Positions 1 through 13,199 of a DNA stretch of 64,000 nucleotides are shown here, one piece after another; positions within the stretch are counted from its first letter, which is position 1, and the number at the start of each line of letters is the position of its first letter. This DNA comes from Eledone cirrhosa. Lineage: Eukaryota. The notes beneath the pieces were generated by a model. That model did not search any database. It was given only the letters and a program-made list of their open reading frames with translations, and had not been told where the DNA came from. Where the stretch lies: NCBI GenBank assembly GCA_964016885.1, contig OZ024754.1, positions 10,602,001-10,666,000 on the forward strand, in the 5' to 3' direction. The translations under genes were made by a program, and so were the position numbers.

Positions 1-477
1 ACTCCAAATTCTTGATTTTTTTTTTAAATTAAAATTAATTGAAAACCATAGGCAGTGTCTTTCAATGGGAATATAGTAACAAAAGAGTGAATTCATCCAC
101 ACAAATAAACCATGAAACCACACCTAAAAAACAGTTTTAAAACAAAACATATTTCAAGAACTGTTCCCTGCCCGATTCTTTACAACAAAATATAACCTTT
201 TTAATACCAACCCACCCCAAACCACCCAAACTTTCAATTCTATTACATAAAAATGCTTCTTTGTATTAAATCAAAACTTTATTTTCATTAATTCATATAG
301 AATCTTTTCTCATATTTCAAGCAGCAGCTTAATAATGGTAAACTTCGTATATATTAATAAATCCTCAAAATTTTTAATTATTTTAAACTTAAATGGAAAA
401 CATAAGTAGAAATTTCAACAGAAATTTCTTGATGGATTTCAAATAGTGAAGTTATATAACGCTCATGTGAATATTTA

Positions 478-663
<186 letters not shown>

Positions 664-839
664 TTAAATGCTATAAAAAAAAAAAAAGTATGAACCCAAT
701 CAATATATTACAATCCCATCTTTTCTTTCTCTACTTCCTAACATTTTAAATGGCTTCTGGTTATCAGCAGTATGGTAGGCAGTGTTATTCAGAGAGAGAG
801 ACATTGATGTTGATTGAATCTATTCAACATCAACAACAC

Positions 840-1470
840 TGTGTGTGTGTGTATCTCACTCAGCATGTGTGTGTATATCTGTGTGTGTGCGCGTATCTCA
901 GCATGTGTATGTCTGGTTGTGTGTGTGTGTGTGTGCGTATCTCAGTGTGTGTGTCTGGTTGCGTGTGTGTGTCTGTGTGCATGGGCGTCTCGATGTGTAC
1001 GCATGTGTGTGTGTCTGAGTGTGTGTGTCGCAGAGTATGTGTGTGTGCCTCAATATGTGTGTATGTGTGCGTGTGTGTGTGTGTGTGTATATGAGTGTGG
1101 GTGTGTGTGTGTGTGTGTGTGCGCGCGTATCTCAGCATGTGTGTGTGTGCATATCTCAGTGTGTGTGTCTGGTTGTGTGTGTGTGTCTCTGGTTGTGTGT
1201 GTGTGCATGGGCATCTCGATGTGTACGCATGTGTGTGCCTGAGTGTGTGTGTGTGTATCGCAGAGTATGTGTGTGTGTGCCTCAGTGTGTGTGGGCGTCT
1301 CGATGTGTACGCATGTGTGTGTGTGTGTGTGTGTGCATATCTCAATGTGTGTGCATCTGTGTGGTTGTGTCTGTGTATGCATATGTGAGTGTGTGTATGT
1401 GTGTGTCCCAGTATGTGTGTTGTCTCAGTGTGTGTGTGCACAACCTTGCAAGCATGTGTGTGTGTGTTTA
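840..1470. repeat. Degenerate (GT)n microsatellite with recurring interruptions (gtatctcagcat, ctggtt, gggcgtctcgat)
   Basis: GT/TG runs with repeated spacer motifs. Source of the spurious Val-Cys ORFs. Confidence 0.9.
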
Positions 1471-2084
1471 TATACATACAAACACATAGCTAAAATCATT
1501 CAACACTTTGGAAAATAACCGCTACTTGTCATGGAATGGCAATAATTAAATGACAGATTCCTTCCTGTCAAAGACTATTCACTATTAGATTATATACACA
1601 TATATAATTTGAAAAGATGGATGTCTCTATATATAGAATCCTTATTGGTACACTGCAAGGCATACATTGAACAGTATAGCTAGCTCATCCTATCTAAGGC
1701 AATGTAATTTATTGATTATTGACAATTTCATAAAAAAAACTATAATTTTGTTAACTAATCAATGGGTTGAATTTTTTTCAAGATTTGTTAAGTTTTTACT
1801 TAGAGGTAGTTCCAAAGAAAGAAACCTCTTTTCAGATTGTGATACATGAATGACACCTTATTAAATTATCTCAGAAGTTCTTTTTTGTCTTTATGTCTTT
1901 TGATACCAAACTGCTCCTCATTCTAGATTACAAAGCTGTTTTATTTTTAAATGTTCATCATCATCATCACAATTCTATGTAAGAACGTTTGTTAAGTTAT
2001 GTTCCAAACACTAACATAATAATGAAAAAATTAGTTATATCACTAAATTCTTATAAATTTTTGATTATTAAAAAAAAAATGAGT

Positions 2085-2645
2085 GTGGTGGATTGGTAGT
2101 ATCGGTAGAGAGTCAGACACCATGCTAGGGTGGTGGATTGGCAGTATCGGTAGAGAGTCGGACACCATGCTAGGCTGGTGGATTGGCAGTATCGGTAGAG
2201 AGTCGGACACCATGCTAGGGTGGTGGATTGGCAGTATCGGTAGAGAGTCGGACACCATGCTAGGGTGGTGGATTGGCAGTATCGGTAGAGAGTCGGACAC
2301 CATGCTAGGGTGGTGGATTGGCAGTATCAGTAGAGAGTCGGACACCATGCTAGGGTGGTGGATTGGCAGTATCGGTAGAGAGTCGGACACCATGCTAGGG
2401 TGGTGGATTGGCAGTATCGGTAGAGAGTCGGACACCATGCTAGGGTGGTGGATTGGCAGTATCGGTAGAGAGTCGGACACCATGCTTTGCAACATAGAGT
2501 TACAGTCTGAGTTCAAATCCCAGTGAGGTTAGCTTTGCCTTTCATCCTTACGGGGTCGATAAAATAAAGAACCAGTAACTTACTGGGGTCAATTTAATTG
2601 ACTTCCCCCCAAAAAAAATTACTGGCCTTGTGCTTATACTAGAAA
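2085..2645 (+). mobile_element. tRNA-derived SINE (family A) whose 45-bp 5' head is tandemly repeated 9 times
   Basis: The unit ggtggtggattggcagtatcggtagagagtcggacaccatgctag occurs 9 times. The last copy runs into the SINE body (gagttcaaatccc B-box, gcctttcatccttacggggtcgataaaataaag). Confidence 0.88.
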
Positions 2646-2647
2646 TC

Positions 2648-2820
2648 TTGGCAGTATCGGTAGAGGGTCGGACGCCATGCTTTGATGCAAAGAGTTACGG
2701 CCCTTTCCATTCTGAGTTCAAATACCGCCGAGGTTAACTTTGCCATTCATCTTTACGGGGTCGATAAAGTAGCAGTAATACACTGGGTAATTGCTGGTCT
2801 TGTGCCCAAAGTAGAAACAA
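2648..2820 (+). mobile_element. SINE family A copy
   Basis: Matches the copies at 17613, 19620, 55274 and 55480 through to the ...ggccttgtgccaaaagtagaaac end. Confidence 0.85.
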
Positions 2821-2989
2821 TAATTAAAAGAATTATTTGATGATCATAGGCAGTGTTTTTCATTAGAAATAGGATATCTAGAGGGTTAAGTGTTTATATT
2901 TATCTTAAAACCTTTCATCATCATAATTTTATCAAAGAACTTTTGTCAAGTACTGTTCCAAAACAATATGTACTAAACATCGACAATAG

Positions 2990-3320
2990 ATTTCTCCTTC
3001 ACCCGCTAATTCCTAAAAGGGTCATGGGGGCAGAGTCCTCAAATACTCCAAGCGGGTCCTGTCAGAAGCAACCATCTCCAACTCATCTGCCTAGATCCGC
3101 AAACAAGACTAACCAAGTACATGGACGTTATCCAACCATTCAAGGTCTACCCCTGGCTCTCCTACTGATTGGTTTTGCCCATAAAATCTGTCCAGTGCTT
3201 CTTTCCTGAGACATTCCAACCACATTCCTTACAGTATCAGAGCTGTGATCTCTCAATTCAGAGAAGTAGCGGCTCTACCTGGAGTGACTCTCTCATCTCC
3301 AAGTTACGCACTTTATCGAG
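2990..3320 (-). mobile_element. Decayed RTE/Expander-like LINE 3' fragment
   Basis: Paralogous to 14510-14835. The minus strand has RGRP..WLD..W..L..DR..W-type RT C-terminal residues. Confidence 0.6.
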
Positions 3321-4065
3321 AGTTCAAATTTCGCCACGGTCAACTTTGCCTTTTATCCTTTCAAGGTTCACAAATAAAGTACCAGTCTAGTGTTGGGTTG
3401 ACTCTTTCTCTCTCTCACTCTCTCTAAAAGAAATCAGATTTCTTCAAATCTAGAGAAGAGATGGGTCCTACCAGGTTTAAAGTGTCCAAAGACCCAAAGA
3501 CACCCTATACATCATTCCAGCACCCTTACAACTCCATCAGGAGTTACAGATCCATATATACATATAATAGCCATTACAATATCTAAAACTATCTCTAACT
3601 AAAAATGAAACTGAGATTATCTCCTTTCACATACTTTGAAAATGATAATTATTATATGATGATGATGATGATGATGATGATATTTTCTATGTGAGAGAAA
3701 ATATATTCTGAATACTGTCCAGTATCTTAAAAGAAATCTAGATAGACATGGAATAGTAGCTCTACACTATAATTACTTTGTCAATATCTTCAACAACACA
3801 CGAGTTATAGAACCAACAAGTGATCTTTTATACTGTTGCTTGATTAGGTAGATACAGCATCCAATCAATAGGTCACACTGCTTGAACGGATTCCCTCGAC
3901 TCTCTGTCAACATCCAATTCTATTGGTAATCATATTCGGCAGAGCAGAGGGATTGCAGTTATTTTACTAAACCCTTTGAACTATTTTCGGAATTATCGGA
4001 AAATCATGGGCAGTCTCTTTTCAGTAGAAAATATGGTGATGAAAAGGTGAAATATGTGTGATTAA

Positions 4066-4282
4066 TTTAGCATTTAAACTGACCATATCCGGCCAGAATT
4101 ATCTCACCTCTTTCTGTTCAACAGGCTGTAACCAGCCGCTCATACTGACATTAAGGTATTGTTCTCAAAATAAATAATATCAAAATCTTATAGATTCGAT
4201 ATTATGTGAGAAAATTATGTGCGGTAAAGCCTTTACCATGAAAATACAATAGTAAATATAGAGTAATGTAAATGCTAAAGGG
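4066..4282. mobile_element. piggyBac-type MITE (family P1)
   Basis: Ends ...taaatgctaaaggg|ttaa with the same ~210-bp body as 10731-10931. The left TIR is eroded. Confidence 0.8.
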
Positions 4283-4312
4283 TTAAGGTTTAGAAAATTG
4301 TCCTAGACTTAC

Positions 4313-4361
4313 CTTTAACTAAATCTGTGACCGAACCAGCACCGCAGAATTCCATCACCAA
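4313..4361 (-). CDS. MAP4K4: misshapen/MAP4K4-family kinase exon (LVMEFCGAGSVTDLVK+G; hinge/gatekeeper)
   Basis: 49-nt exon, aaattacag| ... |gtaagt, ending in phase 1. The peptide is visible inside the 4290..4484 ORF. Confidence 0.95.
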
Positions 4362-5213
4362 CTGTAATTTAAGAAGAAAAACAAACATAATTAATTTGTA
4401 ATATAATTTCAATATAAAACACATAACATTTAAGGTAAATCTGAGGACTCTGCCCTCAAGACCTTCTCGGGGATAAGTGGGCAAAGAAGAAGTGAAGCGA
4501 CCTTCTTTAATACACAGGCATATTTATGCCCACAATGAATGTTAAACCCCTTTATGAAATACAGCAATAGGCTCAATGGGTATGTGATGTGTCTTATCAG
4601 CTTCTTATGAATAAGTTAAATTTAAAAGAAGAAACAGCTTATTGAAATTGACCACACTAATCAGAATCTAATCTATTGAATTCACCAATTATTGGAAGAC
4701 AACCAACTGAATCACCCTACAAATAAATAAAATTAATTTTTAATGAGCCCCAGAGTCTGGGCCCAACAGCAAAGGATTTCACATAATATATGCCACAACT
4801 CAGCAATTTAAAATGCAAAGATCAGTACCTTATTTCAATGACATCTACCCATAGAAAAAAAAAGTCTCGTTTAAGACGTGACAGCACGGAAAAGCAGATG
4901 TAAAAAGGGTTGAAGATGATGACAATACATACAACATATATACATATATACAAAACACACTCACACTCTCTGAGTTTCAAAATCAATTACCTAAGAGAGA
5001 TAGTAGCTCAGAACACACTCCCCCCCCAAAAAAAAACAACCCCCAAATGTGCATTATAAAATGGTTTGTAGTCGGAAAAAAAAAGAAAAAAAAAAGAACT
5101 TAGTTGAAAAGGAAAAATTAGAAGAAAAAAAAATAGATTTAAAATAAATAACTATATAAATATAAAAATTTAAAATAAATAAATAAATAAAAATATATTT
5201 AAAAACTTTTTTT

Positions 5214-5249
<36 letters not shown>

Positions 5250-6289
5250 ATGAAGCAAGTGTGTAATGTCAAAATTTCAATCAGTGAATTACACGAGAGA
5301 AAGAGATGAGAGAGACAACGAAACAGATTGAATTTATCACAAAACACAGTTAAATAAATAGTTATTGTCAATAAGAGAAAAATAAAACTATAGAAGGATA
5401 TTCTAGAACAATTCTAATTAGACTGTGAATTGAGGAAAGGCAGTACAATACCCATAAACTTTTGTTTGGAGTTTATTTGGGGTATTTTTGTTTTGTGTGT
5501 GTGGTTTTTTTTAGTATTTAGATGCACCTAGACTGGGAGGTGATATGAATAACTGAATGGAATTAGAAATAGTTAAATGTTTAATTTGAAACTGTTGTGG
5601 GTGGGGAGGAAGGAACAGGGTGTAGCTGTTAGATTAGAGAAGGAATGTTAATAGAGAGAGGGGGTGAGAAATGTGAATATAGAGAGAGTGAGGACTGTTA
5701 ATAAAGAGAGGGTGAGGAGAGTGTTTAGATAGATAGAGAGAAAGAGAGAGAAGAAATGTGAATATAGAGAGAGTGGTGAGGCAAGATAGATATTAATAAA
5801 GGAAAGGGGAGATATTGTAACAGAGGGAAATCAAGAGAGAGAGAGAGAGGGTGAGGAATATAAATAGAGAGAGAGGGTGAGGAATATAAATAGAGAAAGA
5901 GGGTGAGGAACATAAATAGAGAGAGAGAGGGTGAGGCATATAAATAGAGAGAGAGAAAGGGAGAGGCAAATGTTAACAGATTTTTCCTTATATATATTAG
6001 AAAAGGGAAGTAAAGTTCTATACAAATAGCACGGAAAATATATTTTAGGGTCTGTTTTTCTTTCTTTCTCTATATATATATATATATCCTATATATATAT
6101 CCTTCTCCAGCCTCACTTTCATATAGATTGCATTTTTGTTTTTAGAATCCAATATCAATAAATAGACCAGGATTTTTTCATTCTGATGATTGAAAGCAAA
6201 ATTTTTTGCTTTTAAGAAACCACTGGTAAATGAAATATTTGCCTTATGTTGTTTATTACATAACTAAATATATATATATATATATATAT

Positions 6290-6590
6290 ATATCATCATC
6301 ACCGTTTTACATCCATTCTTCCATGCTAGAATGGGTTAGACAGGTTGTCCTGTTGTGGGCAATGTCAGGTCATGTGACCATGTCTTACTCATACGAAACT
6401 GATTTTGGCTTGATTTTACAGCTGGATGCCCTTCCTAACAGCAACCACATTTACAGTGAATGCTGGGTGCTTTTTTACCATGGCGCCTACACGACCGCTT
6501 TGTGGTGGGAAGGGTGGGCCATACTGTCTATATACTTTAGCTTCGGCTTGTACCCGAGAGAACTCGGGTTTTCTATATTACTGCGTAATG
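6290..6590 (-). mobile_element. RTE LINE 3'-tail fragment
   Basis: (ATC)n tail plus the gctggatgcccttcctaac motif shared with the LINE copies. Confidence 0.75.
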
Positions 6591-6596
6591 CCATAT

Positions 6597-6945
6597 ATCA
6601 TCATCATCATTTTCATCATTTCATTTTATGTCCGCTTTTCCATGCTTGCAAGGGTGGGACAGGAACTGATTCTGGCTTGATTTCTACAGCTGGATGCCCT
6701 TCCTAACACCAACCTCATTTACAGTGAGTGCTGGGTGCTTTTTTGCCGTGGCACCTCCACGACCACTTTGCAGTGGAATGATAGGGACCCTAGTCCTATC
6801 ATCTCATTTCTACAGCTGAGTAAACTGGAGCAATGTGAAATAAAGTGTCTTGCTCAAGGACACAACACATCACCCGGTCTGAGAATTGAACTCACAACCT
6901 TTCGATTGCAAGGCCAATGCTCTAACCACTAAGCCACGTGCCTCC
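6597..6945 (-). mobile_element. CORE-type SINE (family B) with an RTE-derived tail
   Basis: Reverse complement of 58268-58652: tRNA-like head (tggcttagtggttagagc ... gtgagttcaattc), gtgtccttgagcaagacacttt core, LINE-like tail. Confidence 0.8.
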
Positions 6946-7410
6946 ATATATATATATATATATATATATGTCATTACCACAGCAGAGGTCTGACGAGCTT
7001 TTGATTCCAGAGTCAGGCTAGATCGATACAGATCGAACCTTGAGCTAATCAATAGCGAAACGTGCATCACTACTCAATAAACGTAATGACGATGTAACAA
7101 ATCGTCCCTTTTTTTTTAAATTATATATATTATATATTCTTAATCTCAAATGCAAGGTTACCTCCCTAGTGTTGAGACCAGTGTTAAATGCACACTGATA
7201 TCTCAGCCCCACATGACTCAATATGGCCAGAGATAAGAAGTGGTGGTGGTGAAACTAGAGTGGAGTTCCTCCAGCAGGAGTGTTGTAGTTTGCTTGAAGC
7301 ATTGTTGAATAGGAAACCCAAATTTAAATAATTTTGAAAACCATACAATGCACAAGAAGATTAAAATTGCTAAGATGACAATAGAATCTTACTTTAGCAA
7401 ATTTAATAAT

Positions 7411-7594
7411 TGTTTCTAGTTTTGGCACAAGGCCAGCAATTATCCCAGTGTATTACTGGTTCTTTATTTTGTCGACTCCTTAAGGATAAAAGGCAAGGTT
7501 AACCTCGGCGGGATTTGAACTCGGACCATAAAGAGCCATAACTCTTTGCTGCAAAGCATGGCATCAAATCCTCTACTGATACTGCCAATCCACC
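7411..7594 (-). mobile_element. SINE family A copy
   Basis: Reverse complement of the family A consensus. Confidence 0.8.
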
Positions 7595-7694
7595 ATTTAA
7601 TAATCCCAAATATGTTCAGGTTTAAAAACCCATTATCAAGGGAGTACATATGTGCGTGTATATATATATATATATTATATATACATATATATAT

Positions 7695-8993
7695 ATCATC
7701 ATCATCATCATCGTTTTACGTCCGTTCTTCCACGCTAGCCTGGGTTAAACAGGGTTGTCCTGTTTGTGGGCAGTGTCCGGTCAGCTAACCTTGTCTTGCT
7801 CATACGGGAACTGATTCTGGCTTGATTTCTACAGCTGGATGCCCTTCCTAACACCAACCTCATTTACAGTGAGTGCTGGGTGCTTTTTTGCCGTGGCACC
7901 TACACCTCCACTTTACAGTGGGAAGGTGTGGGGGCATATTGTCTATATGCTTCAGCTTCGGCTTGTACCCGTGAGGAATCGGGTCTTCTGTATTACTGCG
8001 TGATGCCAGAGGTCACGGTCGTTTGTCATCGCCTTTGAGAGGTGTAATTGGGTAAGATCGGCTTTTATCACCTCATCCCAGGTCTTCTTGGGTCTCCCCA
8101 CTCCGCGGTTTCCCTTGACTTCTAGTGCTCTGCACCTTTTTATGCAGCTGTCATCCTTCATACACATCATATGCCCATACCAACGCATTTGATTCCTCTT
8201 ATGCTCAGTCTCTCTCTCAATTCATTTATGCATTGCCATTCACGTATATTACTATTACACATCCATCGGAGCATGCAAGCTTTGTTTCTTTCTAATCTAC
8301 GCAAGTCTTCTACAGACAGCGCCCAGGTCTCACTACCATGTAACATTGCTGTTCGTATACACGCATCATACAGTCTGACTTTCATTTTGAGGGAAAAGCC
8401 TTTTGCAGCTAGTAGTGGCAGTAGCTCCCTGAACTTCTTCCATCCCGTTCTTACCCAAGTTATTGTACTTTCCGAACACCCAACTCCGCTGCTAATTCGA
8501 TCACCTAGGTAGCAGAAGCTGTCTACTGTTTCTACAGAGCCCTCCCAGAGTTTGGTGGTACTTGTTTCCTGTGGTCATTTGCTGCTTGCTGCCCCAGCAC
8601 AGCTGCTACATTGTGAAGCCTACATTCGGAGTTAAGCTTCCTGAAATCCTGCTACATCTCTTGTGTACCCATTGTTGCATTTGGGGAAGAGAATGGAGTT
8701 CCTACCTACACCTTTCCTACATACTGAGCAAGGCCATTTCCCTAAGGAGATCTGGGTTCTGTTTTCTCGTCTACTTACAAGGACCTTAGTCTTTGTCAGG
8801 TTGACTTTGAGACCCTTTCTTTCTAGTCCCTGATTCCAAGTTTGGAATTTCTTCTCTAGTTCTACCATAGATTCAGCTATAAGTGCGAGGTCATCTGCAT
8901 ACAGGAGTTCCCATGGGCATCCGGTCTTAAACACCTCCGTTATTGCCTGCAGCACTATGATGAACAGGAGAGGGCTAAGAACAGAGCCCTGGT
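7695..8993 (-). mobile_element. 5'-truncated, frameshifted RTE-type LINE (RT C-half + PHD insert + 3' UTR + (GAT)n tail)
   Basis: [41 protein letters not shown] and RWYGHMM..GRPKKTW motifs in minus-strand ORFs. Same family as 23121-25290 and 50540-51472. Confidence 0.92.
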
Positions 8994-9011
8994 GTGTATA
9001 CACACACACAC

Positions 9012-9048
<37 letters not shown>

Positions 9049-9340
9049 AATATATTTGTGAGACTGTCTCTTCTCAGTGCATTCAACATCAAGCATTGAT
9101 ATTTGTCTATGTTCTGCATCAACAGAAGTCCTGTTGTTTGGCAATTGAACGGATGAAGAACTGTATCTTACTTAAAAGACATTCGAGGGTTGGCATCATG
9201 TATGGTACCAGCTGTAGAATTCTGCCTCAAAAAGGTCTCATCCCATCCATACTAGCCAAGAATGGGTAGGGACAGTTGTAAAACTACTGATGATGATGAT
9301 ACTAAAATAGGTTCAGTTGGTCCCGGCAGTTATTCTGAAC

Positions 9341-9665
9341 TCTTTAGCATTTACATTACTCTATATTTACTGTTATATTTTTGTGGCAAAGGCTTTATCT
9401 TACATCATTATCTCACATAATATCGAATCTATGAGATTTTGATAACAATACCCTAACCTTTTAGCATTTACATTACTCTATATTTACTATTGTATTTTCG
9501 TCGTAAGGGCATTACTCAAATAATATCGGATCTATGAGATTTTGATGATGATATTATTTATTTTGAGAACAATACCCTAACATAAGTATGAGCAGCCATT
9601 TATAGCTGGTTTGAACAGAAAGAGATGAGAGAATTCTGGCTGGATACGCCCAGTTTAAATGTTAA
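9341..9665. mobile_element. P1 MITE with a duplicated left half
   Basis: tttagcatttacattactctatatttac occurs at ~9343 and again at ~9460, followed by one right half. Confidence 0.7.
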
Positions 9666-10094
9666 GTCAAACAAGATATAAAGCCTTTATACTGATGCCT
9701 TTTATGTTAACAACAACAGAATGGTTCTACTTTAACTAGATGTCCACAACTGGGAGGATGGAGTCAACATGGCTAATTAATGCAGTTAAAACAAATCTGA
9801 TTTAGTTTATTAGCCTCCAGATCGGAATCAGCATCAATAAGTATTCTCAGGAAACAGCTAATTAGCAATTAATCACAGAATCACACACATCAAACTGTGT
9901 CAAATTTACAACAACAAATTTGAAGATCAAATGGCAGGTGAAAGGCAGTTCCAACTGCCACCACAATCACCTCCTCCTCCTCCTCACTGTTTGATAATTC
10001 CAAATTTCTCCTCCAATGACCTAAGTTAGTAATTAATAGTAATTCCTAATTTCTACTCTAATCTAATATTAAATCTATTCCAGCTGCTTCTAAT

Positions 10095-10136
<42 letters not shown>

Positions 10137-10730
10137 GTAAGTACTGAGTCTTTTAGCCTTTGTATAAAACCTCTCCCTTTCTCTTATTACAGATACTTAA
10201 GCTATTCATACTGGCAATAATTCAAACTTCACCTTATCATTACTAAGCTGACCCAACCTTTTCAGGTCAGCAGTGGAACCAATTTCACAATGAGTGCCAT
10301 TAAATGTAATAATAGACATTAAACTGGTGAAATTGCTGCCTGCTCTTGCCAAAAGTAAAAATAAAAGAAATAGGAAAGGGAAAGTTAATTCAAATAGAAT
10401 ATTTTATCAAACAGCATATATAATAGGTGTAAAAGTATATGCATTTGAATTTAAATAATTATATCCAATTGCAGTTGGATATAATTGGAAAAAATATTAG
10501 AGAAGAGAAGAGAGAAAAACCATAGACCGATTGAGTTCTAGAACAATATATAATGGAAGCGATCATGTTAATGTTGTTCTTATTGTTATTTAGTTCCAGG
10601 TCAGACCTGAATAAACAGACATATGATCAAAGGCATTCCAGCCATGACCATCCAGTCTTTTTTCTTTTGTACAGGGAGTCCAGGACCAAATTACATGTGT
10701 CCTTTTCTAAGATGGTAGGGAGTAATTTAA

Positions 10731-10931
10731 CCCTTTAGCATTTAGATTACTCTATACTACTATATTTTTGTGGTAATGGCTTTATCTCACATAATATCGA
10801 ATCTATGAGATTTTGATATTTATTTTGAGAACAATACCTTAGCATCAGTATGAGCAGCCAATTACAGCCAGTTTGAACAGAAAGAGGCAAGAGAATTCTG
10901 GCCAGATACAGCCAGTTTAAATGCTAAAGGG
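10731..10931. mobile_element. piggyBac-type MITE (family P1), intact
   Basis: TTAA|ccctttagcattta ... taaatgctaaaggg|TTAA: terminal inverted repeats starting CCCT plus a TTAA target duplication. Confidence 0.9.
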
Positions 10932-11084
10932 TTAAAGAATGCTTTGGAGTGTATTTCTAGCACATCGAGTGAATATGTAAATAAAAGCTCCCTTATTATC
11001 GCATACATGTTGCAGAAATACTAACCCCATTTGTTACCATATTTATAATATGGTTCTAAAGTCTAAAGACTCAACAGCCTTGAG

Positions 11085-11300
11085 GCTCATCAGGACGGTG
11101 TTTATCCTGGTTTCTGTGGAGTGACTGTGAGTACAAGACTCCCCCCTTCGACAGGACGCCAGTCCATCACAGGGTTAAACCCCCAGCTATTACTAGTACT
11201 CATTTTCAGCTGAGTATACTGGAGCAACGTGAAATGAAGTGTTTTGCTCAAGAACACAATCCACAACATTATCAACACCCTTCCCACTAGGCCACACACC
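11085..11300 (-). mobile_element. CORE-type SINE with tail type 2
   Basis: Contains the core (cttgagcaaaacacttcatttcacgttgctccagt). The tail matches 48025-48280. Confidence 0.7.
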
Positions 11301-11554
11301 TCAACTAATGAAATACATTGTATCTAAATACAAAATACAGTGTTTAAATTCATTAATGAAGAATTTAGAAGGATTTATTAAAACTATAGTTTCATTAAAA
11401 TGGTATTTGTGACAAAACAAAAAGTTCTTAAATTATGTTAGAAGATTTTTTTAAAATTTAAATATAGGAAGCAAGCCTATAAAAAAAAGGTTTGTTACAT
11501 AGAACAAGAGCAGAAAATCTTTTTTTAAGTCCCAATAACAAAGATAACCCAGCT

Positions 11555-11772
11555 CACCCTGTGGAACTCATCAGATTGGACCAAGGAAACAATCTTTCCA
11601 TTGGTCTTTCCAATTGCTAATACTATCTACTCATTGCACCTTCTGGCAGAAGAAGTAATGTGAAATAAAGTGTTTTGTTCAAGAACATAACACATTGCCC
11701 AGCCCAGGAATTGAACTCACAACCTCACAATTGTGAATCCAACTCTCTAACCACTAAGCCATGTGCCTTCAC
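11555..11772 (-). mobile_element. CORE-type SINE with tail type 3
   Basis: Reverse complement of 14051-14255 (tail tagtattagcaattggaaagacca). Confidence 0.7.
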
Positions 11773-12302
11773 TATTGGATTAACCAGCTGGAAATGTTTC
11801 ATCTAACTCTAAAGTGTGAAGGAAAGTTCACAAAACACTACATACATTCTGGTATTTAGACTAATAACAGAGAAAATGGGTATTTAATTGGTATTACTTC
11901 CACAGATAGATTATATTTCTTAATTCTGTGACTTTAATGGCTAGTGTTAAGAAAGTCACAAATTATATTGATGGAAAATAATTGTAGTCAATGAGGTGAA
12001 ATTAATGTGATCAGATAGAGATCAAACTATTGACCATTTTAATACAAAAGTTCAATTAATTTCTAACACTCCTATGGCTGCTACCAGTTACTCAATAGTA
12101 TTGGCTTGTTTTAAATAACATAAATAAAAGCAATTTTAATCATTAAACCAAAAATAAAATAAAATGTCTTCTATACAAAGAATTTTGGTAATAATTATAC
12201 TTCTTACAATATGATATTTGATTTACAGTTATGTTGTGGTACTGAGATATTTTAAGTTAATCTTATATTAACAAAGACTTTTCATTTTACATTAAATGCT
12301 TT

Positions 12303-12923
12303 TGTTGTGCGAGAGTATGACGCCCCCTGGTGAGAATGGGCTGGACCACTAGATATAAATAGCGGCCTGAGTAAGTGTGGAAGTTGGTACTAGTTCCACA
12401 GTTCGTGTGTTGATAGTCAAAGTTGGTACTAGTTCCACAGTTCGTGTGTTGATAGTCAAAGTTGGGACTAGTTCCACAGTTCGTGTGTTGATAGTCAAAG
12501 TTGGTACTAGTTCCACAGTTCATGTGTTGATAGTCAAAGTTGGGACTAGTTCCACAGTTCGTGTGTTGATAGTCAAAGTTGGGACTAGTTCCACAGTTCG
12601 TGTGTTGATAGTCAAAGTTGGTACTAGTTCCACAGTTCGTGTGTTGATAGTCAAAGTTGGGACTAGTTCCACAGTTCGTGTGTTGATAGTCAAAGTTGGG
12701 ACTAGTTCCACAGTTCGTGTGTTGATAGTCAAAGTTGGTACTAGTTCCACAGTTCATGTGTTGATAGTCAAAGTTGAAGTTCAAGTTCACAGTTCGAGTT
12801 AACGTGTTGGATTATTGATTCTTAAAAGATTGTGGTTCCGTTACGTGTGGTTATTGCCATCTGTTTCGATTATATTGTTATTACCCTGCTGCAGTGTATT
12901 CGTTTATCCATAAGGACATAACA
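12303..12923 (+). mobile_element. Probable solo LTR containing a 39-bp minisatellite
   Basis: Starts TGTTGTG and ends CATAACA (TG..CA, 6/7 inverted match). Flanks are GCTTT/GTTTT. TATAAATA lies at ~12354. Confidence 0.55.
12380..12775. repeat. 39-bp minisatellite, ~10 copies (aagttggkactagttccacagttcgtgtgttgatagtca)
   Basis: Direct tandem repeats, visible as the 13-aa periodic ORFs. Confidence 0.95.
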
Positions 12924-12939
12924 GTTTTGCAACAAGTTA

Positions 12940-13077
<138 letters not shown>

Positions 13078-13199
13078 TCAAAGAAAAACAAACGGAGAAT
13101 TTATACGATATATAAAACCATACTTGTTATCTTTCATTCAACTCTAGTATGGATTACCTACTAGTAACAAAAATGTAGATATTTACAAGAATTTGGAGC

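Noticed and set aside
750-1518. Cys/Val- and His/Thr-rich ORFs (also 18900-19645, 26226-26936, 49356-52714, 60376-61109)
   Set aside because: They are translations of (GT)n, (GA)n and (TA)n microsatellites.
2085-2490. CRISPR-like or coding repeat (also 12380-12775 and 55925-56800)
   Set aside because: These are head-to-tail repeats without spacers, and each traces to part of a mobile element.
4290-4484. 64-aa standalone ORF
   Set aside because: Only 4313-4361 is kinase-like and it is bounded by splice sites. The rest is intron read-through.
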